DNA of 64,000 nucleotides, from the NCBI GenBank assembly GCA_951406725.2, contig OX597818.1:91698001-91762000 (forward strand), read 5' to 3'. This document shows positions 12,757 to 25,385 of this stretch, one piece after another. This stretch comes from Octopus vulgaris. Taxonomy: Eukaryota. Position 1 is the stretch's first letter; each line of letters starts with the position of its first letter. The position numbers and the translations under genes are program-made. Under the pieces are notes generated by a model, which saw only the letters and a list, made by a program, of their open reading frames with translations, was not told where the DNA came from and did not search any database.

Positions 12757-13898
12757 GAGCTGGCAGAAACGTTAGCACGCCGGGCGAAATGCATAGCAGT
12801 ATGAGTTCAAATTCCGCCGAGGTCGACTTTGCCTTTCATCCTTTCGGGGTCGATTAAATAAGTACCAGTTACGCACTGGGGTCGATATGATCGACTTAAT
12901 CCGTTTGCCTGTCCTTGTTTGTCCTCTCTGTGTTTGGCCCCTTAGGGGTAGTAAAGAAATAGGTATTTCGTCTGCCGCTACGTTCTGAGTTCAAATTCCG
13001 CCAAAGTCGACTCTGCCTTTCATCCTTTCGGGGTCGATTAAATAAGTACCAGTTACGCACTGGGGTGAATATAATCGACTTAATCCGTTTGTCTGTCCTT
13101 GTTAGTCTTCTCTGTAATTAGCTCCTTGTGGGTAGTAAAGAAATAGATATTTCGTCTGCCGCTACGTTCTGAGTTCAAATTCCGCCAAGGTCGACTTCGC
13201 CTTTAATCCTTTCGGAGTCGATTAAATAGGTACCAGTTACGCACTGGGGTCGATGTAATCGACTTAATCCGTTTGGCTGTCCTTGTTTGTCCTCTCTGTG
13301 ATTGGCCGCTTGTGGGTAGTAAAGAAATAGGTATTTCGTCTGCTGCTACGTTCTGAGTTCAAATTCCGCCGAGATCGACTTCACCTTTAATCCTTTCGGA
13401 GTTGATTAAATAGGTACCAGTTACGCACTGGGGTAGATGTAATCGATTTAATCCGTTTGTCTGTCCTTGTTTGCCCCCTCTATGTTTAGCCCTTTATGGA
13501 CAATAAAGAAATAAGAAACGTTAGCACGCCGGGTGAAATGCTTAGCAGTATTTTGTCTGTCGCTACGTTCTGAGTTCAAATTCCGCCGAGGTCGACTCCA
13601 TCTTTCATCCTTTCGGGGTCGATAAATTAAGTACCAGTTTACGCAGTGGGGTCGATATAATCGACTTTATCCGTTTGTCTGTCCTTGTTTGTCCTCTCTG
13701 TGCTTAGCCCCTTGTGTGTAGTAAAGAAATAGGTATTTCGTCTGTCTTTACGTTCTCAGTTCAAATTCCAGCGACGTCGACTTTGCTGTTCATCTTTTGG
13801 GGGTCGATAAAATAAGTACTCGTTGCGTTCTGGGCGCGATCCAATCGATTGGCCCCCTTCCCAAAAATTTCGGGCATTGTGCCTTGTGTAGAAAAGAA
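12757..13898 (+). repeat. Head-to-tail array of about 6 SINE type 1 units (184-bp period)
   Basis: Junctions at 12961, 13145, 13329 (184 apart), about 13513 and 13731. The last unit has a different tail. Confidence 0.92.
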
Positions 13899-14462
13899 TA
13901 TTTTGCAGACATCAACACATTAATGTTCCTGCCAATCCACTATGCCTACACGGTGTATCTAATAATTGTAAATAATGGAGTCATTCAAGCTATACTCTCT
14001 CTTCTCTCTTTCCTACACACACACGCGCTCTCTCTTTCTTACACACATACACGCTCTCTCTCTCTCTCCCTCTCTCTATTTATATATATATATATATATA
14101 TATACTCTCAAACATATAAGGGATGGCTATAATAGAACATTCGACTCAATAGAAAGAGCAGCTAAACTCCAAACCACTAATAGTTGTAATTCTGAAATGG
14201 AAAGAGAAATAAAAAACGTTTACCCTTTCCTTTCTGGACTATGCATAGTTTCGGCAATCCTTTGTAAATAAATTAAATTAAATTAAATTTATTTACGACT
14301 GGCGTTGCACTCATCAGCAGAAAATCCAAGGACTACCATATATTCACGAGGCGATAACGAGCATGCCTCGAGTCTATATGCTATACATTTTCAAAATCCA
14401 CCGCATTCGCACGGTTTACTCAGCAGTAAATTTTCTAGAATTTTTTGCTACCCTAAAATTTA

Positions 14463-14537
<75 letters not shown>

Positions 14538-14920
14538 TTGGCAAGTTTGTTGGAGCAAGGGAGTATTCAACAATATTTTGTAAAGAATTGGTTTTGCATC
14601 TTATAGGTATATTCGAAGCCTTATATTTATCCGTGCAAAAAAATTTAGACATTAATTCACACACTTTCACATTGGCACTTAAATTGGTGGAGCGGTAATA
14701 AACAAGCAAGGGGTGGGCACACAGGATTACAAGCGTTATGGAGTCGAATAACCGTCTCATAATTAGCTTATTTCGTATGCATTTGTGATGGACTTTTAAC
14801 TTATTTCTTTCCTTTTAGATCTTTTTTTATTTATTTACATTTCGATGTGAATTTACATTAGTTCAACAAAAAATATGCAATTTTCTTTCAATATATTCTT
14901 GTTCAATAGACAAATATATG

Positions 14921-15369
14921 GGATATTTTTGGTTTGAACGGCAGTTTTTTAAAATAATTTCCACGTAACTAAACACTTTTAAACTTCGTATACTGGTAGA
15001 ATGTGTTTATAAAACAACTTTTTCTCATGGCTTTATTGAGAAAATTCTATACTTTGTAAGAAATTTGTTGGTTTTTTTCTTCAATTTCTGCAATTTCAAC
15101 CAATCAATGATGTCTCTTGAAGTGAAAACATTCTGTGCCGTTTGAATATGTCTCTCGTTTAAGAAACAGATTGGGTTTATTTACATTTCTGAAGAAAAAA
15201 GATACCTTCCCCCCACCCCTAAACCAAACCCTAACCCTAACTAACCCCAACTAACCCTAACCCTAAAACAGATTGAAATGCAATAGATCGATACTAGGGT
15301 CACAATTATGGGTGACAATTTCATATGACACCGCTCAAAAAAAAACTTCTGTTCAAACCGAAAAGATCC
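14921..15369. mobile_element. Non-autonomous DNA transposon with about 29-bp TIRs and internal (CCCTAA)n
   Basis: ggatatttttggtttgaacggcagttttt versus reverse complement ggatcttttcggtttgaacagaagttttt. Flanks aatatatg / aatatatt are a possible 8-bp TSD. Confidence 0.8.
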
Positions 15370-15553
15370 AATATATTTAACAATCAAATCTATAAAATAG
15401 CTATAAATTTTAAAAATATGTAATAAAAACCTTTTAATTGTTTTCATGTATTAGTATATCAACATTTATTAGGCAATAATAATCCATTTAAATACGTTTT
15501 CAAATGTGTAAATAATTTTACAAAAAAAATACAAGGCTAATTCATCAAAAGTA

Positions 15554-15845
15554 GAGGCGCAATGGCCCAGTGGTTAGGGCAGCGGGCTCCCGGTCGGGGG
15601 ATCACCGTTTCGATTCCCAGACCTGGCGTTGTGTGTGTTTATTGAGCGAAAACACCTAAAGCTCCACAAGGCGCCGGTAGGTGGTGGGGGGCTACCCCTG
15701 TTGTACTCTTTCTTCCTGTTTCTTGAGTAACGCTGCGATGGATTGGCATCCCGTCCAGCTGGGTGGAACACATACCCCATAGGAACCGGGAAACCGGGTC
15801 CATGAGCCTGCCTAGGCTTGAAAAGAGCGCATAAATAAATAAAAT
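15554..15845 (+). mobile_element. SINE type 3 (tRNA-derived head)
   Basis: A box TGGCCCAGTGG, B box GTTTCGATTCC; same head as the copy at 61861; flanked by a catcaaaa duplication. Confidence 0.8.
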
Positions 15846-16454
15846 ACATCAAAATTCTTTGGTAAATGTGAAACGGCGTTTGTAGCTTATTTACAAAAGA
15901 TTGAATATTCCCAACCGCCACCGAATGTGTCATATAAACAGTTGCTGGTCGATACTATTTACTCCTGCACATGAGTGACCAGAAAAAAATACAGCATAGC
16001 ATTTAATCCGACGCATTAACGTTTCTGCTATACCCCGCTAAATGTTTCTAATAAGGGTTTCTCATTTAAGCACCAAAACTGAAATTTGGTCGAATTTGTT
16101 GATTGATATCATAGGGCCCAATCATTACTAATAATTTATTATCTGTCCATCGACGCAAAAGTATTAAAAGTAATTTTAAACACGCTGGGCAAAAAGGTAT
16201 TGTCACTTACCATCCTGGCTCTGTTTATGTTCGAGTGGTTCTCCCACCCTATCTGTTTTGTTGGAGTCCTCTTGGAACGTCCTTAAAAACTATCTGCTGG
16301 CCGTTAGACCGGGAGATCCAATTTCAAACGAGTATCTCCACTTAATGCTCGTATAAGTATCTAATGTCATTCGCACGATCATTAGGCTCTAAGGTACTCT
16401 CTGTCGATATAATGTTTGCAAGCGGGGTGACTGCTCCAATCTCCAGCCTTACTT

Positions 16455-16923
16455 GGAAACAATGACCTCCCTTGCAAACACTATACGGACACAGACTGTG
16501 TGTCGATAGCCAGATGGAAAAGATGTTTCCTGGGGCTTAAACAACAGTAACATCGTATTTTATAGGGCCGCTCCATTCTGATAGCAAATAAACTTTACTT
16601 TTCCGTACTGTTACCGTATATCGCTCGCTAAAAGAAGTTGCTTTTCTTTATTAGTGATAATCGATGGTGTGTCGCATAAAGAATATATAGTGTTTGCGAG
16701 TGGAGCAAGCTTTCATCGACAGCCAGTGATAATCTCACATTGAGGACGGGTATTCACCCAGAAACTATGGTCTGTGAGATGGGAACGATGACCTCCATTA
16801 CAAACACTATACGCACACAGATTGTGTTGATAGCCAGTTTAAAAAGATGTTTTCCTGAGGCTTCAACAAGAGTAACATCCTCCTTTATATGACCGCTACA
16901 TTCTGTTGGCAAATAAACTTTAC
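16455..16923. repeat. Diverged direct duplication of about 140 bp, probably old LINE fragments
   Basis: 16455-16598 aligns with 16781-16923. Confidence 0.7.
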
Positions 16924-16938
16924 CATATATATATAATA

Positions 16939-17006
<68 letters not shown>

Positions 17007-17624
17007 CATACATATACATACAACAGTAGTTGAAACTGCGCTTGCGCGGAGAATTTGAAAAGTTATAATGTATAACAAGGAGACACGTGTTATCTGACTC
17101 TTAATTATATGTTAGTATTATGGTTCGATCACTGATGAAAATTTCGCCTAGAAAATTATTTCATTTGCTAAAAACTTTTGAAACCTATGTTTGACAGGAA
17201 TAAAATAAGGCAAGTCTTTTTTTTCATTCTCTTTAAAAATCACTCTTAAATGTGGTTTTGGTTGTTTTGACTACTTCTTCTAGAGTGTAAACCTGCTTGT
17301 TGAAGGCAGTTTCTCTTGTGCTTAAACGTACACTACTTTACACACTTATAAATAAGGGCAAAGGAAAAATATTTTAATGCCAAATATTAACAAAATTATC
17401 ATCGAAAAGAAAAGTTAGTTAGAAACGTTGATACTATCATCTCCGGTACATCCTACTACATTATATGTACCTTCAGAGGATTCCCTAGAAAATAGATTGA
17501 AGCAATTACTAAGATAAAGGTCGTAATCTTTAAATTTTAATTTTAAATTCGGTATCATTTTCATGCCGTCATCTCTGACGGCACAGGGACACTAGTGATG
17601 ATGACAATAATAATTACAATACTG

Positions 17625-17719
<95 letters not shown>

Positions 17720-17723
<4 letters not shown>

Positions 17724-18241
17724 GCTCTGATGCAGTACCGGGCTCATGGCTTTTGATCTTAACTGATTGGAAGTGTTATCATGTACATTGTTTTGTCTTT
17801 GTATAAAAGATGGGCTACAGCAAATATTCTGTTCAATACCACAGATTTGCTTGTCAGTTGTTTGACCTTAACCAGTTGAGCATGTCCCTTAGTGGCTGAT
17901 GATGTTGTGGGGGAGCAGCATAACCGTGTGTTAAAAGAAATTCTTAGAGGTTTGGATAATTCACCTTTGGAAACATGAATGGTTCGTTCAACATCATTAA
18001 ACAATCCTTATTCAGGGACCTTTTGAGAAGGATGGGCAACTCGACCAGAAGAAAATTCTAACTGGGCCCCACCTGCAATGTCATGCGCTGTTTACCTTGA
18101 TATGAGATCACCATGTGGCGCACATATGGTTGTGATGCACGTGCCTGGTGTACCCTTTTCAGACAGGTAGTCATGATGGGTATACTGGGCTTTGTATATT
18201 TTACCCCGGTGTCACTTTGATGGCATACACTGCTCTCTCAC
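17720..18241. mobile_element. Interspersed element embedded in an (AAT)n tract, class unresolved
   Basis: About 520 bp of higher-complexity sequence with (AAT)n on both sides. Confidence 0.35.
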
Positions 18242-19811
18242 ATAATAATAATAATAATAATAATGATGATGATGACGATGATGATGATGACGATGATGAT
18301 GATGATGATGATGAGGAGGAGGAGGAGGATATCTTACATAGAGAAACAAAACAAAAAGGGGCCAATAATTGTTTATGTAAAGGGTGATTCGAAAAACAAA
18401 TTTGTTTCTCCCTTAGCTTTGTACTAGGCAGGAATCAAAGTTAGATCGTATAAAGCCAAACAAACAAAAGAGAAACAAATATCATAAATTGTTTCTGCTG
18501 AATCTTTCGTGACTCTTCCAATCCCACCACCACGCCTTTAGCTCTTAAATAAGTGTAATGGATACCTTGTGTTGTAAAGCACCAGCCATGCATTATAGAG
18601 GTGTACGTCTTCGATTAAATCGATTGCATAGCTTCGCTGTTTCGTATAATTAATTGTTATCCAGGGGTAGAAAGACGAAGGGTGTTTCAACTACATTTGA
18701 AACCAGAATTATTAAGGTACACAACTACGTATAAACAACCGCTGTTTCACCTTGTGCTCAGCAAATAGACCAATTTATTTAGTTATCTGTTTATTTATTT
18801 ACTGAACACTAGTTATCAACTAACCAATCAGTGCTATTTTGTCTAACAGTGAGAGGGCGAGAATACCGCCCCTGGATTTTCGCTTTTTACATTCTACGTT
18901 ATGAATCAGCAAAGCACACACAAGCATGCGCATACACACTACTAAGTTAAACGAAAAAAGAAACGCTGAAGTATTTTTTTTCGTTTAATTTATTTATCTA
19001 CTTCAATTTTATAAGACCGCAGTCACTTTGAAGGCTATTTAATCGAAAATTTGTCCCCGAGACTTATTCTTTGTAAGTCTAGTACCTATTATATTGCCCT
19101 CTTTTACTGAACCCCTAATTTAGGGGATATAAACATATCAACACCGATTGTCAAGCCATGAGGGTGGAGAGGGAGAAACACAGAACTACACACATACTAC
19201 AACTCACCCTCTCTCTTCGTTGTCACCCCTCCCTCATTACCCTCACATACACACGAGCACGCACCTTCGTTAATGGCATCACCACTACTTTATTATCTCA
19301 TCTACTTCATAGCTCTCTTGTGTGACCCCCTCTGTCCGGCATACGCTATGATAGATCGCCAGCCATTAAACCTTTTTCTATTTTCTCTCCTTGTTTATTT
19401 CTTTGCTCCTTTCTCTCGAAGAGCGGAGGCTCGAAACGTAAGAGTCTCTCTCACTTCCCGAGTGTTAAACTAAGACATCTGTTTGTCGTTTATCCTCCTG
19501 TCTTCGTCTTATGTAAATTCTCATCTCTCTTTTATCTCTTTTACTTGTTTCGAGCAAATCGACCCCAGGACTTGACTTAGCGGTTCGGCAAAGAGACCGA
19601 CAGAATAAGTACTAGGCTTCCAAAGAATAAGTTCTGGGGTCGATTTGCTCGACTAAAGGCGGTGCTCCAGCATGGCCGCAGTCAAATGACTTAAACGAGT
19701 AAAGAGTAAAAGACTAAAGAGTATATTCATAAATAACGCTAAATTTTTAATTATGTTTTCTTGTAGGATCTGTTATGATCAAGGTTTCATGTTGACTGCT
19801 TACACTTGTTT

Positions 19812-19857
19812 AAAATTGTACGTGAAAATTGTACGTGAAAATTGTACGTGAAAATTG
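19812..19857. repeat. 13-bp tandem repeat, about 3.5 copies (AAAATTGTACGTG)
   Basis: Directly visible. Confidence 0.95.
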
Positions 19858-20039
19858 TGGATTTCTATAATGCAGTCTAAGAATACATCAATAAAATACG
19901 ACCAAGGCAGATGTCATAAATTCTAAACACGATTTGTATTCTTGTTTACACACACATACACACAAACACACACACACGCACGCATGCACACATACACACA
20001 CACGTGAGCACACACACACACACACACATATACATACAT

Positions 20040-20195
20040 ACGCGAAGGGTTGCTGAAAATTTCCTGGCATTAAAGGTTTCACTAAAGGCCTGATTGAAGG
20101 CCCAGCCATCGCAGTTCTTTTACAAGGCTTAGAAAAACTGGAGGACCGCTGTAATAAATACATGAACTTGAGAGGCGAAGGTACTGAATATATTT
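20040..20195 (+). mobile_element. Mariner-derived MITE fragment
   Basis: TIR-like gaagggttgctgaaaatttcct and transposase C-terminal remnant (GLEKLEDRCNKYMNLRGE); related to 29087-29305. Confidence 0.55.
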
Positions 20196-21544
20196 ATAAT
20201 TAACTAATCCTCCTATATATATTTTTTTACTCAAAGCCAGGAAATACATACATACATACATATATACATACAAACATACATACATACATACATATATACA
20301 TATATGTATGTTTCTCTCCTTTCTTTCCGTGTTCCTTTCGGTGGAAGAGCGTAGACTCGAAACGTTAAATCCTTTTTCAATTCCCGAGCGTTATACTTCG
20401 TCTCTTGTTTTTTTCGTGAATTTTCCCTATATATATATATATTTATATATACCGGAGTAAACACATAAATGTGAAACAAGGTGGGAAAAAGAGTACTCAA
20501 ATACCAGTGTCAGAGTAATATGCTTTATTTAAAGCAGCAGAAATTTCAACAAAAAAAAAGAAAAAAAAAGATCGGATGATTTATATTTATATTTACAGAT
20601 ATTTATTTATATATTACATTTTTTATATATATATCATATCACTAAGATCATTAACGCTTTCTCCCATTCTAGTGGGGTTTTCAAATCAAACTGTATATAT
20701 ATATATACATATATATATATATACACACACTCACACATATATATATATGCTTGTATTGAAGTGTGTGTTGTGTGCATCTACTTAATTATGTTCAAATAAC
20801 ATGTATATAAGCTTATAGGGTAGAGAACCAGCAGAGTCGTTAGCACGCCGGGCAAAATGCATAGCGGCATTTAGTCCGACTTTACTCTCTGAGATTAAAT
20901 TCTGCCGAGGCCAACTTTGCCATTCATCTTTTCGGGGTTGATAGGATATGTACTAGTTGAGCGCTGCAGTCGGTTTAATCGGCTTACCCCTTTCCAACAA
21001 AGTTGCTGGTCTAGTGTTGAGATTAGAAGCCAATATGCATATAAGCTTTTATATGTCAACCTATAAAACGAAGCAAGCAGTTTTCTATTTTGTTGTTTTC
21101 ATTTATATATTTCTAGCACATATTTTTCTTTCGTTGTTTTCCACACTTGTGACTCATAACATTTACAACATTTGCTTAGTTCCGTGATATATACATGACA
21201 ACTCTGTATTATTAATTATATTAAGACAGAAACCTATACTTGAATTTCGTATAATTATTTTAATCTTACTGAGATTATATTGATGTGTCTATGTTAGACA
21301 AGAACATTGTCTCGATTCTGTATACATTATTCATTATATTAGTATGTAACACAAATTTGCATCCAACCGAATAGATGTACAGATAGATAACATCAGATTT
21401 CTCTACTGGGCAGGGCATATGAGTATTTTGATATTGCAATATGATTAATACTCCAACTATACTCGCCATGATTCCAGTGATTGTCTTGTAACGTAGTTTT
21501 GTGTTGGCCAAACATCAGTCCTAAATATAACACGACTTTCTAAG

Positions 21545-22328
21545 GCAGCGAACTGGAAGAAACGCTAGCACTCCGGGCGAAATCCTTAGCGGTATTTCGT
21601 CTGCCGTTACGCTCTGAGTTCAAATTCCGCCGAGGTCGACTTTGCCTTTCATCCTTTCGGGGTCAATTAAATAAGTACCAGTTACGCACTGGGGTCGATA
21701 TAATCGACTTAATCTGTTTGCCTGTTCTTGTTTGTCCTCTCTGTTTTTAGCCCCTTGTGGATAGTAAAAAAATAGGTTTTCGCCTGCTGCTACGTTCTTA
21801 GTTCAAATATCATCATAATCACTAATGTATCATTTGGATGGTAACACTATAAGTATTGTAGCTGACATGGTGCATGGTCTACACTCGGTATCACATACAC
21901 TTAAATATTTATTTTTCACAATTTTAACTCTTGGAATAAATTAATAAAAAAGGTTAATCTTCAAACATACAGTAATAAGCATTATTATTTGCTTTCCAAA
22001 GGCCGCGAGCTGGCAGAAACGTTAGCACGCCGGGCGAAACGCGTAGCCGTATTTTGTCTGCCGTTACGTTCTGAGTTCAAATCCGACTTTGCCTTTCATC
22101 CATTCGGGGTCGATAAATTAAGTACTAGTTACGCACTGGGGTCGATATAATCGACTTAATTCGTTTGTCTATCCTTGTTTGTCCCCTCTGTGTGTAGCCC
22201 CTTGTCGATTCCGCCGAGGTCGACTCCATCTTTCATCCTTTCTGGAGTCGATAAAATAAGCACCAGTGAGACACTGGGTCCTATGTGATTGACTTGTCCC
22301 TTTGTACCTTTAGTAGAAAGGATTATCA
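21545..22328 (+). mobile_element. Two dimeric SINE type 1 insertions (about 21545-21808 and 22005-22328)
   Basis: Same head, core and tail as the 12.8-kb array; same junction at about 21775. Confidence 0.8.
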
Positions 22329-23319
22329 TTTGCTTTCGTGATGACTGGAAGTGTTGCTTTTAGGAGTCTATTATCTGTTGTTGGATGTTTCAGTATGCAC
22401 GTGTGTAAGTATGATTCATTATTTAGTTCCTTTTTACACATGAATAAATTTGCTGTTTCAGTATCAATACAGAGAGATTATATGCTAAACAACTCTTTTT
22501 CATATATTTAAACTAATCATTGATTGCAATAAGTGATTCTTCATTCTTAATGTTGTGCGTTCAGATGAGGTATAATTAGTCTCGGGGACAAATTTTCGAT
22601 TAAATAGCCTTCAAAGCGGCTACGGTCTTATAAAATTTTAGTACAAATAACAAACCGTAGAATAATCTTGTTTAATTGTTGCCTTTAATTAGTATCGTTA
22701 TATTTAGTCTATTATTCTTGATGACAAATACAAGATTTATTTATTTTGTATTACAGGTATAGAAATGATTTAAAATGGGACTCAGCAACAACAACTACAC
22801 ATAAGTACTATACTGTAGGTACACTTAATTAATTACATATAGTCTTTTCCATGGGCGCATGCCGGTAATCTCTAGTTGTAATTATTATTACTTCTTAGTT
22901 TGGCGTGATGATCTTCGTAGACGCAGCGAAAGTGTTGGTATTGGTGCCAAGATCGTAAAATTGGTACCGCTTAAAAAGATGGAAGCTAACGGTTGCAGAA
23001 AGACCAAATTATAGGAAGCAATTCTTGGTGGCAGAGGTTCTACAGTTAAAATTGTGTTTTACGATTACTGGGACGTTTTGGATTAGAGAAGAGGAGATGC
23101 TATGTCGAGTGTCTGATTAACTTGCTCTGCAGAACAGAATCTAATGTAGGTGTAGTAAAAGCAGTAGCAGAGAATGTGTCCAACATGTCTGTCAGCAACA
23201 ATGTATTTGAGGGTCACTTCATGCCAACCAGTTGGGTGACCTTTCATTAGAATCTCTACTACACAGTATGTCTACTGTGTAGTAACAGCACTAGCCTAAA
23301 TGTGGGAATAGTACGCCGT

Positions 23320-23700
23320 GTCCATTATTTACATTTGACGGATATTTGTCCTCATCTTGTTAACACAAAGTTTTGGCTGATATAAGCCTTGGGGAAATTT
23401 TGAACCTGGGTCGAACTCGGAATCTTGGGGTTAGTTAAGAGCGCAGGTTGGTGACCTGCGCTCTTAACCACTACGCCATATGTCCGTGGGCAATTATGGA
23501 GTGAATTTTAGGGCTTATAAATCTAATATTCTCCTATCTTTCCTTAATACCGATTCCCATATCCTGTTCATATCTGCACTCGGTCTGCTTAGGAAGTTGT
23601 GTCCTAGCATATATGCTACCTCTTTTAGTTTTCGTATTCTCCTATTATTTTAACTTCATCCCACAGGGGGAGGTGGTATCCATTTTTCCATACATTCTCA
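23320..23700 (-). mobile_element. Penelope-like 3' end (GIY-YIG C-terminus) followed by a tRNA-like segment
   Basis: HLPLWDEVKII..RKLKEVAYMLGHNFLSRPSADMNRIWESVL (frameshifted), then TGGCGTAGTGG..GAGTTCGACCC. Confidence 0.6.
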
Positions 23701-25054
23701 CGATGGTAAATAGCATTTACATTTAAACAAACATCGACATGAGAATACTTCTCTGGTGTTAGCAGCTGTAAATTGAAAGCGTAATATAAACTGCTCATTA
23801 TAGTTTGACTTATAGATGATTAAGCTCGATGAAATAAATGTGCGCATATGTGTGTATGTGTGCATTTCCGTCCTCCATAATAACATCACAGAGTATGAGT
23901 ATATTTAAGAACAATATCTTGTGCCACTAGTTTCTAAAATATTGTATGTTTATCGGGATTTGATGCCGTGCCAATATCCGTCTGTTTTTCATCAAACGAT
24001 AAGACATGATATCAAGTGTACAGGCAAACGATGTGGGTATGCAATCTAATTATAAGAGTTACATGAAAGAAAAATTCTGGAAAGGTAGCTTATTGGTTGG
24101 TTACTGGATATATGTAGTCGTAATAAGTGTAATTAGTTGGAAATGTAGCTTAGTTCTCGCGCTAAAGTGATGATAGAAAGAGAGGAAAACTTTGCATCTT
24201 CAGTCGAATTATTCGGTTGGTGTGTCGAACGAAGAGCAAGGCTGTCAACTGAATTCAAGTTGATTCTATGCCAGCTTATATAAAGTTACGTTGATGATTT
24301 AAAGATATAAGCAAAGCATAGAACAAAACACGGTGGCCTAGGACTAGATTTCCTGTCTCCATATTAGATGAATATCGGTGATATTTTTTTCAAATTTCGG
24401 CTCAAAGTTTGGCTAGTACCTATGTATCAACAATGAAGGATAAAAAGTAACATGATCTTGTCGGAATTTGAAGTCAGAACATAAAGATCCGTTAGAAATA
24501 TCGTTAATCATTTTGTCTGATGCGTTTTCAATTTTGCCAGGTCTCCAGCTTAAGAACAGTAATAATTTGAACAATAGGAAAACGATCCAAGATGCACAGC
24601 GAGTGAATGGAAAGGTTAGTTGTTCGAATATCGGCAATATACGATAAGTAATATATTTAAAACACTGGTCTCAAAATCCAGTTAATACTGGGCAATTGGT
24701 ATTTTGTGGACCTATTTTACTCTTGAATAATTCTATAACAAGAGTGCCAATTTTCTGAAAGATGTCTCTCCTAAACTATCAGTGACTGTCAAATATGGCA
24801 TCAAATAAATCGTTGAAACGTAGCTGCGAATGTTTCTTCTGGTGTCCCCAAACATAATTTACTTGGCATAATAGCAAGACTTGCTGTATAAGTGACCAGA
24901 GGTCTCTGCTTGCGCGGGCAAGGGCCAGTGTCCCCAATTTTACTCTCTTACAAATTCTGCTTCCATACTAGCATTTCAAAGAATTATGTTAAATAAAAAT
25001 AAAATTTTAATATAAAAAAGATGATAAAATAAACAATTGAGTTATGCAATGGAT

Positions 25055-25226
25055 TTTATTTTCAGCATTAAAATAAAACGCAAACTAATAACTTCATTAT
25101 TACTATTTTCTGAATGTTTCTTTATTTTAAATAAAGTTCAAACGTTTAGATTTTTTGTTATATATTTTCCAATACTATTTTATATATCTATATAAAGTAT
25201 ATGAAACCATACACATGTTTGCATAT

Positions 25227-25263
<37 letters not shown>

Positions 25264-25268
25264 TTATT
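25055..25268 (-). terminator. Candidate polyadenylation signals of gene B
   Basis: AATAAA on the minus strand at 25263-25268, 25121-25126 and 25055-25060. Which one is used cannot be determined in this AT-rich context. Confidence 0.4.
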
Positions 25269-25385
25269 TGTATGTATTTATGTATGGGTATCTGTGCAGT
25301 TGGCGTCAGTCATAGGAATATTGGAAATCTACATTTCTATTCTTTGATATAGTTGTTTTTCGGGTCCAGATACAGCTCCTTCAAC

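Noticed and set aside
12757-13898. CRISPR-like or tRNA-gene array
   Set aside because: Whole units repeat without unique spacers, the context is eukaryotic, and there is no complete cloverleaf. No canonical CUGANGA hammerhead core was found in the unit.
15217-15266. Chromosome fusion or telomere-healing scar
   Set aside because: Short, degenerate and enclosed by transposon TIRs.
23400-23482. tRNA gene
   Set aside because: A and B boxes are present, but the anticodon arm is disrupted and no acceptor stem is evident; tRNA-derived repeat.
1990-25000. Additional S-crystallin exons or a pseudogene in the A-B spacer (also checked 39900-58300)
   Set aside because: No recognisable exon remnants by eye; tBLASTn would be needed to exclude highly decayed ones.
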